Below are positions 1-9,252 of a DNA stretch of 43,536 nt, piece after piece. Both the position numbers and the translations under genes were made by a program. The first letter of the stretch is position 1. Each line of letters opens with the position of its first letter. This DNA is from an uncultured Candidatus Saccharibacteria bacterium (GTDB taxonomy: Bacteria > Patescibacteriota > Minisyncoccia > Minisyncoccales > CAZJYT01): assembly GCA_964550325.1 (NCBI GenBank), contig CAZJYT010000002.1, positions 1 to 43,536 on the forward strand. The letters run 5' to 3'. Below the pieces are notes generated by a model. That model saw only the letters and a list, made by a program, of their open reading frames with translations. It ran no database searches and was not told the DNA's origin.

Positions 1-643
1 CTTCCACATCCATTTCTTCTATGGTGTTTCCTTCAAACTCCATTGCCATATAAGTGGCTCCATCAAATTTTATATCACTTAAAATTTTTAAAATTATGTC
101 TTTTGCAGTAAGATAATCTGGCATTCTGCCATCAATTTTAATTAAAATGGTTTCAGGTACCTTCAATAAAATCTCACCTGTAGCCATCACAAAGGCAGCG
201 TCAGTGTTGCCGACTCCTGTAGCAAAAGCTCCAAAAGCTCCGGCAGTAACGGTGTGTGAATCTGTGCCAATAATTACTTTTCCTGGCTTGATATGACCTT
301 CTTGGGCTAAGGTAATATGGCACACTCCTTTATAGTTCTCGCTTCCTGGATTGTAAAAATATTTTATTTTTTGTTTTTGGCAAAATTCTCTAATGAAATC
401 TATATTTTGGTTTGCCTTTAAATCGGTAGTATAAATAAAATGATCAGGGACAATGACAATCTTCTCATTGTCCCAAACCTTAGCCTCTTTCCCTATCTCT
501 TTGTGAAAAATGCTAATAGTCCCTGGGGCACAGGGATCATGGGTCATTAATAAATCAACCTTTGCCCAGACAAATTCTCCTGCTTTTACTCTTTCTTTTT
601 GAGAAGAGCTTGCCAAAATTTTTTCAGTAAGGGTCATTCCCAT
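1..643 (-). CDS. Aconitase-family hydro-lyase large subunit (LeuC/HacA-like), N-terminal part; gene runs off the left window edge
   Basis: Reverse-strand translation from the ATG at 641-643 reads MGMTLTEKIL...VDLLMTHD...IIGTDSHTVTAGAFGAFATGVG, typical of 3-isopropylmalate/homoaconitate dehydratase large subunits. It is absent from the ORF track because it is truncated by the edge. Confidence 0.8.
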   Translation of the reverse strand, partial: MGMTLTEKILASSSQKERVKAGEFVWAKVDLLMTHDPCAPGTISIFHKEIGKEAKVWDNEKIVIVPDHFIYTTDLKANQNIDFIREFCQKQKIKYFYNPGSENYKGVCHITLAQEGHIKPGKVIIGTDSHTVTAGAFGAFATGVGNTDAAFVMATGEILLKVPETILIKIDGRMPDYLTAKDIILKILSDIKFDGATYMAMEFEGNTIEEMDVE

Positions 644-647
644 ATTT

Positions 648-1187
648 TTAAATTTTTCCAATACTTCTTGCAAAATTGAAAATTCCTCCCTTTTCAAAAA
701 TTTCCAAAATTTCTTGGGGTATGGGCTTTAAATGGGAAATTATTTTTTCGTCTTTCTTTACCACATTTTGAGATATCTCAACTATTACCTCATCTCCTGT
801 TTTCAGTTCATCGCAGATTCTTTCTTTTGTTTCCAAAAGCAAGATTCCTCCTGTATTTAGACAATTTCTGTAAAAAATTCTGGCAAAGCTTTCAGCAACA
901 ATTATTTTTACTCCCGCAGATTCCAAAGCCTTGGGAGCGTGTTCTCTTGAAGAACCACAGCCAAAATTCCTTCCCGCCACAATAATAGGAAAAGGAGTTT
1001 TCCCTATCTTTTCATTGACAAATTTTGGATAATCCTCTGAAAGACCAGACATAGCATAACATCCCAGTTTTTTAAAATCTTCGGGATTGGCAGGATTGTA
1101 TTTTAAATATTCTCCCCTTAGAATATGGTCTGTGGTAATATTGTCTTTTAAAACATAAATCTTTCCTGAAAATTTATCTTCAACCAT
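648..1187 (-). CDS. Aconitase-family hydro-lyase small subunit (LeuD-like swivel domain)
   Basis: The 179-aa ORF contains [14 protein letters not shown] and [10 protein letters not shown] motifs of LeuD-type small subunits. It lies 4 nt upstream of the large-subunit start. Confidence 0.8.
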   Translation of the reverse strand: MVEDKFSGKIYVLKDNITTDHILRGEYLKYNPANPEDFKKLGCYAMSGLSEDYPKFVNEKIGKTPFPIIVAGRNFGCGSSREHAPKALESAGVKIIVAESFARIFYRNCLNTGGILLLETKERICDELKTGDEVIVEISQNVVKKDEKIISHLKPIPQEILEIFEKGGIFNFARSIGKI

Positions 1188-1237
1188 AGTCTTTTAATTT
1201 CTCTTTTTATTTATTAATATAATATTAACAAAAATTT

Positions 1238-2611
1238 ATGAAAATAGAAGTTGATCCAAAAATTTTCAGGGCTTATGATATCAGGGGGGTTTATCCTTCT
1301 GAGATTAATGAAAAGATTGCCTTTTTGGTTGGAAGAGCCTTTGTCAAATTTTTAAAGAAAGGAGCTCAAAAAAGAGAAATAATAAAAATTGGAATTGGAA
1401 GAGACAACCGAATTTCTTCTCCCTATCTTTTAAGGGGATTAAAAAGGGGTATTTTAACTGAGAGGGTAAAGGTTTTTGATTTTGGGCTTTCTACTACTCC
1501 TCTTTTTTATTTTGGAATTTCTCATTTGAAATTGACAGGTGGAATTCAGATTACAGCCAGCCATAATCCTCCTCAATACAATGGATTCAAGATAGTAAAA
1601 AAGGGAGCTTTTCCAGTGGGCGAAGCAAGTGGATTGGAGGAGATAAAAAAACTAGTCTTTTCTGAGGAAACCTTGGAAAGAGAGAGAAAAGGAAATTCAA
1701 TTAAAAAGAAAATTTTAAAAGAATATATAGATTTCAATCTTAAAGAATTTAACCTAAAAGACTTTCTTCCATTAAGGATTGTGGTAGATACCGCCAATTC
1801 TGTTTCTGGAATTTTGTTTCCAAGACTTTTTGAAAAGACCAAAATAAAAATTTTCCATCTCTTCTCGGAATTAGACGGAGCCTTCCCAAACCATCCTCCA
1901 GATCCTTTGGTGAAAGAAAATCTAAAAGTGATTCGTGAAAGGGTAAAAAAAGAAAAGGCTACCCTTGGGGTGGCATTTGATGGAGATGGCGACAGGATAA
2001 TATTCATTGATGAAAAAGGGGAAATCATTTCTGGGGATCTAATTTTGGCTTTTTTGGCAAAAACAATTTTGGAAAAAAAGCCAAGGCAAAAAATTGCTTA
2101 TGATATTCGCTCAAGTAATATCGTCCCAGAAACTATAAAGAGATATGAAGGAATCCCTTTGGTGAGCAGAATTGGACATTCTTTTATCAAACAAAAAATG
2201 AGAAAAGAAGATATAGTTTTTGGAGGAGAACTTTCTGGACACTATTATTCAAAAAATCATTATTTTTGCGAAGCTCCTATCTTTGTTTTGCTAAAGATTA
2301 TAGAGAAAATTTCTCAAACAAAAAAACCTCTCTCAGAATTAATAAAGCCCTTTAAAAAATATTTCCATTCTGGAGAGATTAACTTTAAAACAGAAAAAAA
2401 AGAAGAGATAATAAGTGAACTGGAAAGAAGATACAAAAAAGGAAGAGTTACAAAGTTAGATGGAATTAGGATTGATTTTCGAGACTGGTGGTTTTTGGTA
2501 AGACCCTCCAACACTGAGCCTGTCTTAAGATTAGTAGTAGAGGCAAAGGAAAAAAGGCTATTGAAAGAAAAGATAAGAGAGGTAAAAAAAATAATTCAAT
2601 CATTTTTATAA
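1238..2611 (+). CDS. Phosphomannomutase/phosphoglucomutase (alpha-D-phosphohexomutase family)
   Basis: Active-site loop TASHNPPQYNGFK, metal loop FDGDGDR and sugar loop GGELSGH are present. Confidence 0.85.
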   Translation: MKIEVDPKIFRAYDIRGVYPSEINEKIAFLVGRAFVKFLKKGAQKREIIKIGIGRDNRISSPYLLRGLKRGILTERVKVFDFGLSTTPLFYFGISHLKLTGGIQITASHNPPQYNGFKIVKKGAFPVGEASGLEEIKKLVFSEETLERERKGNSIKKKILKEYIDFNLKEFNLKDFLPLRIVVDTANSVSGILFPRLFEKTKIKIFHLFSELDGAFPNHPPDPLVKENLKVIRERVKKEKATLGVAFDGDGDRIIFIDEKGEIISGDLILAFLAKTILEKKPRQKIAYDIRSSNIVPETIKRYEGIPLVSRIGHSFIKQKMRKEDIVFGGELSGHYYSKNHYFCEAPIFVLLKIIEKISQTKKPLSELIKPFKKYFHSGEINFKTEKKEEIISELERRYKKGRVTKLDGIRIDFRDWWFLVRPSNTEPVLRLVVEAKEKRLLKEKIREVKKIIQSFL

Positions 2612-3687
2612 TCTCCTATTATTAAGAAATTGTCTCCAAATCTCTTAAAAGAGAGCTTTTGAAAATAAAAGGCTTCTCTTAGTGTCTTTGCTCCTTCTCC
2701 AGAAACAGCAGAAACAGCATTTCTCCCCCCAATAATGATAGGGGAATAAAAGGCGTAAATCCTATCTACTATTTTTTCATCAAAAAAGCTCCCAATTGTT
2801 TCACCTCCTCCTTCTACCAATATACTGATAATTTCTCTTTTCCATAAATCCTCCAAAAGCCTTGAGATAGAAAATTTTGCTCTCTGATAAAGAAGATATG
2901 GAATTTTTAATTTTTCTATTTTCTTTAGTTTTTCTCTTTTAGCAAATTTACTAATTACCAAAATTACATTATTTTTAGTCAGAACATTACTCTTTAAGGG
3001 AATTTTTAAAAAGGGGTCTAAAATAATTCTAATTGGATCTCTCTTCCCTTTCTCTCTCACTCCCAAATGTGGATCATCTTCAATGATGGTATTTACTCCC
3101 ACCAAAATTGCCTGATAAAAAAGTCTTAACTTTTTGCCATAATTTCTTGCTTTTTCGTTGGTAATCCATTTTGAGACTTTTAACTTGGTAGCAATCTTAC
3201 CATCTAAGCTGGAAGCAAATTTTATTGCTACAAAGGGTCTTTTCTTTTCCCAAAAGGTGAAATATCCTTCATTTAAAGCCTTGGCAGGCTTTTCCAAAAG
3301 CCCCACCTTTGTCTCAATATTGGCTTTTTTTAATATTTCAATTCCTTTTCCATTTACCTTAGGGTTGGGATCTAAAGTAGAGCAAACAACCCTTTTAATT
3401 CCTGCCCTTATAATTTCTCTTACACAGGGAGGAGTTTTACCAAAATGACAACAAGGTTCTAAATTAACATAGAGAGAGGCTCCTTTTGGACTTTCTTTTG
3501 TTGAATTTAAAGCTGAAATCTCTGCATGGGGAAAACCAAATTTTTTATGATATCCCTTTCCAATTATTCTTCCATTTTTGACAATTACTGCCCCCACCAA
3601 GGGATTGGGAAAGGTGTGATTTAGTCCCCTTTTTGCCAATTTCAAGCACTCCTTCAAAAAGAAAATGTCTTTTTCTTCTTCAGACAT
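2596..3687 (-). CDS. ribD: Bifunctional riboflavin biosynthesis deaminase/reductase RibD
   Basis: Deaminase zinc motifs HAEISAL and PCCHFGKTPPC, followed by a C-terminal reductase domain. The ATG overlaps the ribBA stop (ATGTCTGA). Confidence 0.9.
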   Translation of the reverse strand: MSEEEKDIFFLKECLKLAKRGLNHTFPNPLVGAVIVKNGRIIGKGYHKKFGFPHAEISALNSTKESPKGASLYVNLEPCCHFGKTPPCVREIIRAGIKRVVCSTLDPNPKVNGKGIEILKKANIETKVGLLEKPAKALNEGYFTFWEKKRPFVAIKFASSLDGKIATKLKVSKWITNEKARNYGKKLRLFYQAILVGVNTIIEDDPHLGVREKGKRDPIRIILDPFLKIPLKSNVLTKNNVILVISKFAKREKLKKIEKLKIPYLLYQRAKFSISRLLEDLWKREIISILVEGGGETIGSFFDEKIVDRIYAFYSPIIIGGRNAVSAVSGEGAKTLREAFYFQKLSFKRFGDNFLIIGDYKND

Positions 3688-4897
3688 TTTTGATTAAATG
3701 ACCCAATTTTTCTTTTTTAGCTTTTAGATATTTTTTGTTTTGGAGATTAAGACACTCTATCGGAATTCTCTTTACTACTCTTATCCCTCCTTTCTCTAAT
3801 TCTGAGATTTTCTGAGGATTGTTGGTTAAGATTTCAATTTTTTTAATATTTAAATCTTTTAAAATATCTACTGCCATCTGATAGTCTCTAGCGTCTGGGG
3901 GTAAGTTTAATAACAAGTTTGCTTTGACAGTGTCTATTCCTTTTTCTTGAAGAGAGTAAGCCCTTATCTTGTTTACCAATCCTATTCCTCTTCCTTCTTG
4001 ATTGAGATAGATTAAAACTCCTTTTTTTCTCTTTTTAATCAACTGGAAACTCCTTTCTAATTGCTCTCTGCAGTCACATTTTAAAGAAAAAAATACCTCT
4101 CCTGTTAGGCATTGGGAATGGATTCTCACTAAAATGGGTTCTTTTGGGTTTATTTTCTCTTTTTCATAGATTAGAGCTAAGTGCTCTTTTCCATCAACTG
4201 CCCTATAAACCCGTAAAAGAAATTCCCCATATTTTGTAAAGAGTTTTGACTCTGCTTCTTTTAAAATGCTTTTTGTTCTGGGATAAGTGAGGGGATGGAT
4301 TTTAAGATATTCAACTATCTCATTGATTGTTAAGATAGGAATTTTAAATTTTTGAGAAAATCTTTTCAATTGAGAAAAGTTTGCAGGATTCCCTTTTTCA
4401 TTAAGGACCTCGCATAAGACAGCGCAAGGAGAAAGTTTAGCCATTCTCATCAAATCTACTCCCGCTTCAGTGTGCCCCCTTCTCTCTAACAATCCCTTAT
4501 CCCTTGCTAAAAGTGGGAAAACATGACCTGGTCTCACTAAATCCTCTGCTCGAGATTTGGGATCAGCCAAAACCTTAATCGTCTCTGCCCTATCCTTGGT
4601 AGATATTCCAAAGGAGCTGACATTTTTACTATCACAGCTAATGGTAAATTGTACTTTTGTCTTCTCAGTCGTTGAAAGAGGTGGAACCATCAAGGGTAAT
4701 TTCAGTCTGAGAGCTTTTTCTTTAGTAATAGCGGTGCAGATTATCCCCCGACAGTTTTTAAGTAAAAAATTGACCTTGTCAGGGGTTACCTTCTCTCCGG
4801 CAAAAATGACATCCCCCTGATTTTCTCTCTTTGGATCATCAACAACAATTACCATCTTTCCTTCTCTCAGTCTTTCAATTGCAAAATCAACCTTCAT
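3680..4897 (-). CDS. ribBA: Bifunctional 3,4-dihydroxy-2-butanone-4-phosphate synthase / GTP cyclohydrolase II
   Basis: N-terminal DHBP synthase pattern (VVDDPKRENQGD, RGHTEA). C-terminal GCH-II pattern (HSQCLTGEVF, CDCREQL, NQEGRGIGL). Confidence 0.9.
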   Translation of the reverse strand: MKVDFAIERLREGKMVIVVDDPKRENQGDVIFAGEKVTPDKVNFLLKNCRGIICTAITKEKALRLKLPLMVPPLSTTEKTKVQFTISCDSKNVSSFGISTKDRAETIKVLADPKSRAEDLVRPGHVFPLLARDKGLLERRGHTEAGVDLMRMAKLSPCAVLCEVLNEKGNPANFSQLKRFSQKFKIPILTINEIVEYLKIHPLTYPRTKSILKEAESKLFTKYGEFLLRVYRAVDGKEHLALIYEKEKINPKEPILVRIHSQCLTGEVFFSLKCDCREQLERSFQLIKKRKKGVLIYLNQEGRGIGLVNKIRAYSLQEKGIDTVKANLLLNLPPDARDYQMAVDILKDLNIKKIEILTNNPQKISELEKGGIRVVKRIPIECLNLQNKKYLKAKKEKLGHLIKNV

Positions 4898-5325
4898 ATT
4901 TTTTCTAAAATCTCTATCATCTTGAGGCAGGTCTCTACAGCCTCCCTTGCTCTTTTTTTAATCCTTTCCTTTGCCTGTTTTTTAGAAAAGACAGACAACA
5001 CCTCAAAAATAACAGGAATCTCAAAATCATAAGCCACCCTTTGACAACCTTTCACGCACTCTATTGAAACCTGTTCAAAATGAAAGGTCTCTCCTTTTAA
5101 AACACAGCCTAAAGCAATTAGGGCCTTATATTTTTTCTTTTTTGCCAATTTTTTTGCCAAAAGAGGAATTTCTAAAGCTCCCGGCACCCTGAAAATATCA
5201 ATTTCTTTTTCTGAAATTCCTTTTTCTTTAAAAAGAGAAAGACACTCTTTTAAAAGAGGGCTGGTTATCTCTTTCCAATAGGTAGCCACTAAAATGGCAA
5301 GGGGAAGGTTTTTTTTCTTTTTCAT
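4894..5325 (-). CDS. ribH: 6,7-dimethyl-8-ribityllumazine synthase
   Basis: The size and the VPGALEIP and KGETFHFE motifs fit. It has ATGA overlaps with both neighbouring rib genes. Confidence 0.85.
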   Translation of the reverse strand: MKKKKNLPLAILVATYWKEITSPLLKECLSLFKEKGISEKEIDIFRVPGALEIPLLAKKLAKKKKYKALIALGCVLKGETFHFEQVSIECVKGCQRVAYDFEIPVIFEVLSVFSKKQAKERIKKRAREAVETCLKMIEILEKI

Positions 5326-5906
5326 CTTTTTGATAAAAATTTTTTTATATATTTTGCAATTATATCTATCTCAACATTCACTTTATCGCCCGCCTTTGTA
5401 AATTGAAGCTGGGTATTCTTAAAGGTATGGGGAATTATTCCCACTGTAAAAAAATTATCTTTCACTTCAATTACAGTTAAAGAAATGCCATTTACAGCTA
5501 CCCCTCCCTTCTCCACTAAATACCTTAAAATTCTTTTTGGCACCTTAAATTTAAAAATCCAGCTATTTTTTTCTTTTTTGATTGAAAGTATCTCACCTTT
5601 TCCATCCACGTGTCCTTGGACAAAGTGCCCTGACAAAAAAGAATTGGGAGTAAGGGGTTTTTCTAAATTGACATAATCCCCAATTTTTAAATCAGCCAAA
5701 TTTGTCTTTTTTAATGTTTCTGGCATTACCTCCACCGAAAAGGTATTTTTTTGGGGAGGAGAAACCAATGTTAAGCAAACTCCATTGACTGCCACACTAT
5801 CTCCCTTTTTAAGATTCTTTAAAAAATCTTTTTGAGTGGAAAATGTAAAAAAGGAGTTTTTTATTTTTTCTAATTTTCCCAAATGGGTGATAATTCCAGT
5901 AAACAT
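5322..5906 (-). CDS. ribE: Riboflavin synthase alpha chain
   Basis: MFTGII N-terminus, with two lumazine-binding repeats (VAVNGVCLT and VAVNGISLT). Confidence 0.9.
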   Translation of the reverse strand: MFTGIITHLGKLEKIKNSFFTFSTQKDFLKNLKKGDSVAVNGVCLTLVSPPQKNTFSVEVMPETLKKTNLADLKIGDYVNLEKPLTPNSFLSGHFVQGHVDGKGEILSIKKEKNSWIFKFKVPKRILRYLVEKGGVAVNGISLTVIEVKDNFFTVGIIPHTFKNTQLQFTKAGDKVNVEIDIIAKYIKKFLSKR

Positions 5907-5935
5907 AATAAAAATCTCCCTGCCGAGATAGGGAG
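5907..5935 (-). terminator. Riboswitch expression platform: terminator/SD-sequestering hairpin directly upstream of the ribE ATG
   Basis: The minus-strand RNA reads CUCCCU-AUCUCGGC-AGGGAG followed by AUUUUUAUU and then AUG. The 3' half, AGGGAG, is also the only SD-like sequence. An alternative pairing of GGGAGAAGGAAGA (aptamer 3' end) with UCUUCUUAUCUCCC looks like an antiterminator. Confidence 0.6.
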
Positions 5936-5947
5936 ATAAGAAGAAAA

Positions 5948-6085
5948 AAATCCTCTTCCTTCTCCCTTCCCGACTTTACGGTCGGCTCTGGAATTCCACC
6001 AGCTCCACCCTCCTAAAAATTTTTAGAAGGGCTCGTGGGCTTTCACCACCGATTGGGGAATTTCACCCCACCCCGAAGGAAGCCT
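5948..6085 (-). promoter_or_regulatory. FMN riboswitch (RFN element)
   Basis: The minus strand reads CUUCGGGGUGGGGUGAAAUUCCCCAAUCGGUGGUGAAAGCCCACGAGCC...GGUGGAAUUCCAGAGCCGACCGUAAAGUCGGGAAGGGAGAAGGAAGAGG. This matches the conserved RFN core blocks and sits upstream of the rib operon. Confidence 0.9.
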
Positions 6086-6094
6086 TTATACTTT

Positions 6095-6123
6095 TTAATA
6101 TCAAAATTGAAAATCTTTGTCAA
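6095..6123 (-). promoter_or_regulatory. Candidate sigma70-type promoter of the rib operon (TTGACA-17-TATTAA)
   Basis: On the minus strand, TTGACA lies at 6118-6123 and overlaps the trpS stop codon. TATTAA lies at 6095-6100, which places the start site just before the riboswitch. Confidence 0.45.
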
Positions 6124-7103
6124 TTTATTGGTAAACCAATTTTTTCTTTTACTTCAAAAATAGTCTCTTTAGCAATCGCTTGAGCCTTTTCTTTTCCTTC
6201 CTTCAAGATTCCTTTGATAAATTCTTTTCTTTTTAAAAATTCTTCTCTTTTTTTTCTAAAGGGTTCTAATTTTTTTATCACTACCTCTGCTAATTTTTGC
6301 TTAAACTCTACATAGGTTTTATTTTCAAACTCTTTTTCTATTTTCTCAATAGGGAGTTGAGTACAAAGAGAATAGAGGGTCAAAAGATTGGAAATTCCAG
6401 GCTTTTTTAAAGGATGGTATCTGATCTCTCTTCCAGAATCAGTAACTGCACTTTTAATTTTTTCTCTTATTTCTTCTGGAGAGTCAAAAATACCAATACA
6501 TCCTCTGGGATCCTCTGTCTTTGACATTTTTTTGTGGGGATTTTGCAAAGACATAATTTTCTCTCCCTTTTCAGACAAAAGAATTTCTGGGATTTTAAAC
6601 ACCTTTCCAAATCTTCTGTTAAATCTCCGAGCAAGCTCTCTTGTAAATTCTAAATGCTGTTTTTGATCAATTCCCACTGGTACTAACTCTGTCTTGTAAA
6701 GCAAGATATCAGCAGCCATCAAAAGAGGATAATTTAGAAGCCCAGCATTTACATATTCAGGATGCTTCTTAGATTTTTCTTTAAACTGGGTCATTCCTTT
6801 TAACTCACTTAAGGGAGAAATGGTTCCCAAAATCCAAGCTAATTCAGTATGCTCTTTCACTTGGGACTGAATGAAAAGAATAGACTTCTTGGGATCTATC
6901 CCTGCTGCCAAAATGGCAATTGCCAGTTCTAAAATATTTTTTTTGAGTTTTTCGGGACTAAAGGGAGTAGTAATTGCATGGAGATCTACAATACAAAAAA
7001 CACATTCCTTTTCCTCTTGAAGTTTTACCCACTGCGCAATTGCTCCAAAATAATTTCCAAGATGAAGATCCCCGGTTGGTCTAATTCCACTAAATACCCT
7101 CAT
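6120..7103 (-). CDS. trpS: Tryptophan--tRNA ligase
   Basis: HIGH-type motif (TGDLHLGNY) and KMSKT motif. I start it at MRVFSGIRPTG (ATG 7101-7103). The 22 extra residues in the track ORF read into the repeat element. Confidence 0.9.
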   Translation of the reverse strand: MRVFSGIRPTGDLHLGNYFGAIAQWVKLQEEKECVFCIVDLHAITTPFSPEKLKKNILELAIAILAAGIDPKKSILFIQSQVKEHTELAWILGTISPLSELKGMTQFKEKSKKHPEYVNAGLLNYPLLMAADILLYKTELVPVGIDQKQHLEFTRELARRFNRRFGKVFKIPEILLSEKGEKIMSLQNPHKKMSKTEDPRGCIGIFDSPEEIREKIKSAVTDSGREIRYHPLKKPGISNLLTLYSLCTQLPIEKIEKEFENKTYVEFKQKLAEVVIKKLEPFRKKREEFLKRKEFIKGILKEGKEKAQAIAKETIFEVKEKIGLPIN

Positions 7104-7145
7104 AAGTAAGATGTATTTACTAACCAATTTGGCAACAAATCTCCT

Positions 7146-7307
7146 GAGGCATCTTATCTCGGGGAGCACGGAGTCGCCTTAAGTGCTGAAATAGGGAGTT
7201 TATTTACAGGCGCTCCTATACCTCGCCGAGCCTTACAGAGTCCCTACTGAAATACAATGCCTCTACTCGGGCTCGGCTGCGGTATGCTCCCCGAGACAAG
7301 ATGCCTC
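7146..7307 (+). repeat. Structured GC-rich repeat, copy 1 (core; degenerate arms extend to about 7112..7338)
   Basis: It starts GAGGCATCTTATCTCGGGGAGCA and ends TGCTCCCCGAGACAAGATGCCTC. The interior is near-identical to the copies at 9092, 14123 and 25864. Confidence 0.9.
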
Positions 7308-7334
7308 AAAAAAATTATCAAGTAAAATATTATA

Positions 7335-9014
7335 CTACACCTCAATCACCACTGGTAATATCATGGGTCTTCTTTGAGTTCTTCGAAACAGAAACTTTCC
7401 AATTTTCTCTCTAATTTCGTTTTTAATATACATCCAATTTACTGCTCTTCCAGATCCCGTTGCTCTTTCTACAATGTTAATAACTTTTTTCCTTGTATCT
7501 CTTAATAAATCCTTGGACTCCTTCAAATATACAAAGCCCCTTGAGATGATATCTGGAGAGGTTCTTACTCTTCCTGTCTGTTTATCTACCACCGTAATAA
7601 TCACAAACATTCCATCCTTCACCAACATCTGTCTATCTCTTAAAACTACCTCCTCTACGTCTCCAATTCCCAGTCCATCAACCATGATATAATTCGAGGG
7701 AACAGTTTCTTTTTCTATGGTAATTTTATTTTTTGTTAAAGTAATCACCTGTCCATTTTCAGCAATAACAATATTTTTTTCGGGAATTCCTACCTCCCTT
7801 GCTATTTCACCATGTAAGACCAACATTGAATATTGCCCATGAATAGGCATAAAGAATTTTGGCTTCATTATCTCAATCATTTTCTTTAATTCCTCTCTCC
7901 GGGCATGACCTGAGGCATGGATATCCATCATTTTGTAATGAATAACCTTAGACTTTTGGCGGTAAAGTGCATCTTTTAAATTTTGAACTGTTCTTTCATT
8001 TCCTGGAACAACTGAAGAGGAGAAAATCACTATATCTTCCTTTTTCAATTTCAAATGAGGATATTCCCTATTGGCTATTCGCATCAAAATTGCCTCTGAT
8101 TCTCCTTGAGCGCCGGTACATAACAAGGTAATCTTATCATCAGGAAATTTATGAATCTCTTTTGGTTTAATAAAGGTACCCTCTTTTGCCCGGATATATC
8201 CCCAAATTTTACAAAGTTCTACATTCTTCCTCATAGTGTAACCATCAACCGCAACTTTTCTGTGGTATTTTTCAGAAAGAGAAATAATCTGCTGAATCCG
8301 ATTTATTAAAGAGGCAAAAGTAGCAGCAATAATCTTACCTTTGGCAGATTTAAATATCTTATCTAAATTTTGGAAAATTGCCCTTTCAGAAAGAGAATGT
8401 CCCTCCTCTTCGGCACCGGTAGAGTCTGAAAGCAAAAGTAAGATCTTTTCTTTTGAGATTGCCTCTAATTTTTTAAAGTCAGTAGGTAAATCATAAACGG
8501 GATCCTCATCAAATTTAAAATCAGAGGTATGCAAAATATTCCCAATAGGGGTTCTAATAATCAATCCTAAGTTGTCGCTAATATTATGATTTTGTCTAAA
8601 AAATTCAATTTCAAAGGGCGGTAGATCTACAATGGAACCGGATCTTACCTCTTCAATATTTAGCTTTGGTTGACCAGGGAAGTCTTCCTGACGAGTTAAA
8701 ATTATCGCTTTTGTTAATCTGGAAGCAAAAAAGGGATATTGATGAAAGGGAAATCTGTAAAGCAAATAAGGAATAGCTCCAATGTGATCATAATGGCCAT
8801 GAGTAAAAACTACTCCCAAGATATCCTTTTCTCTTCCTTTTAAATAAGAAATATTGGGAATAAGATAATCTATCCCTGGCATCGTTTCTTCTGCCATTCT
8901 TAAAACCATATCAACAATCAAGATCTTCTTTCTATATTCAAAAAGAAGCATATTTCTTCCTACCTCACCAAGACCACCTAAGGGAATAATTCTTAAATTA
9001 GAAACCTTAGCCAT
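7335..9014 (-). CDS. rnj: Ribonuclease J (metallo-beta-lactamase / beta-CASP RNase)
   Basis: HGHYDHIG motif, a beta-CASP region and the C-terminal domain length (559 aa) typical of RNase J. Confidence 0.9.
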   Translation of the reverse strand: MAKVSNLRIIPLGGLGEVGRNMLLFEYRKKILIVDMVLRMAEETMPGIDYLIPNISYLKGREKDILGVVFTHGHYDHIGAIPYLLYRFPFHQYPFFASRLTKAIILTRQEDFPGQPKLNIEEVRSGSIVDLPPFEIEFFRQNHNISDNLGLIIRTPIGNILHTSDFKFDEDPVYDLPTDFKKLEAISKEKILLLLSDSTGAEEEGHSLSERAIFQNLDKIFKSAKGKIIAATFASLINRIQQIISLSEKYHRKVAVDGYTMRKNVELCKIWGYIRAKEGTFIKPKEIHKFPDDKITLLCTGAQGESEAILMRIANREYPHLKLKKEDIVIFSSSVVPGNERTVQNLKDALYRQKSKVIHYKMMDIHASGHARREELKKMIEIMKPKFFMPIHGQYSMLVLHGEIAREVGIPEKNIVIAENGQVITLTKNKITIEKETVPSNYIMVDGLGIGDVEEVVLRDRQMLVKDGMFVIITVVDKQTGRVRTSPDIISRGFVYLKESKDLLRDTRKKVINIVERATGSGRAVNWMYIKNEIREKIGKFLFRRTQRRPMILPVVIEV

Positions 9015-9091
9015 AGTTGGGAATGGTAATTTTTAAAATTGTTTGGACTATCCTAACCATTTCAGTAACAACTCCTAATAATTTCTTTACC

Positions 9092-9252
9092 GAGGCATCT
9101 TGTCTCGGGGAGCACGGAGTCGCCTTAAGTGCTGAAAGAGGAAGTTTATTTTCAGGCGCTCCTATACCTCGCCGAGCCTTACAGAGTGCCTACTGAAATA
9201 CTATCTTTCTTTTGGGCTCGGCTGCGGTATGCTCCCCGAGACAAGATGCCTC
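9092..9252 (+). repeat. Structured GC-rich repeat, copy 2 (core; arms about 9045..9287)
   Basis: Perfect 23-nt terminal inverted repeat GAGGCATCTTGTCTCGGGGAGCA / TGCTCCCCGAGACAAGATGCCTC. My hand count gives 85 G+C in 161 nt. Confidence 0.9.

Noticed and set aside
1573-2028. Antisense or shadow ORFs inside longer genes. This one is representative of 2314..2514, 3158..3448, 4557..4820, 5485..5676, 6388..6666, 7474..7692, 10055..10273, 12995..13213, 13628..13816, 14358..14576, 15328..15531, 16178..16396, 16872..17081, 19107..19346, 19456..19674, 19719..19907, 22074..22295, 22472..22681, 23176..23466, 23815..24054, 24940..25122, 26159..26383, 26810..27115, 28349..28540, 29091..29312, 30744..31013, 35074..35289, 41234..41455 and 42294..42569.
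   Set aside because: Each lies opposite, or out of frame with, a long ORF that has clear family motifs. Their low-complexity sequences are typical of shadow ORFs in AT-rich DNA.
7104-7169. N-terminal extension of the trpS ORF (MLPEIRCLRRFVAKLVSKYILL).
   Set aside because: It reads into repeat copy 1. TrpRS homology begins at MRVFSGIRPTG.
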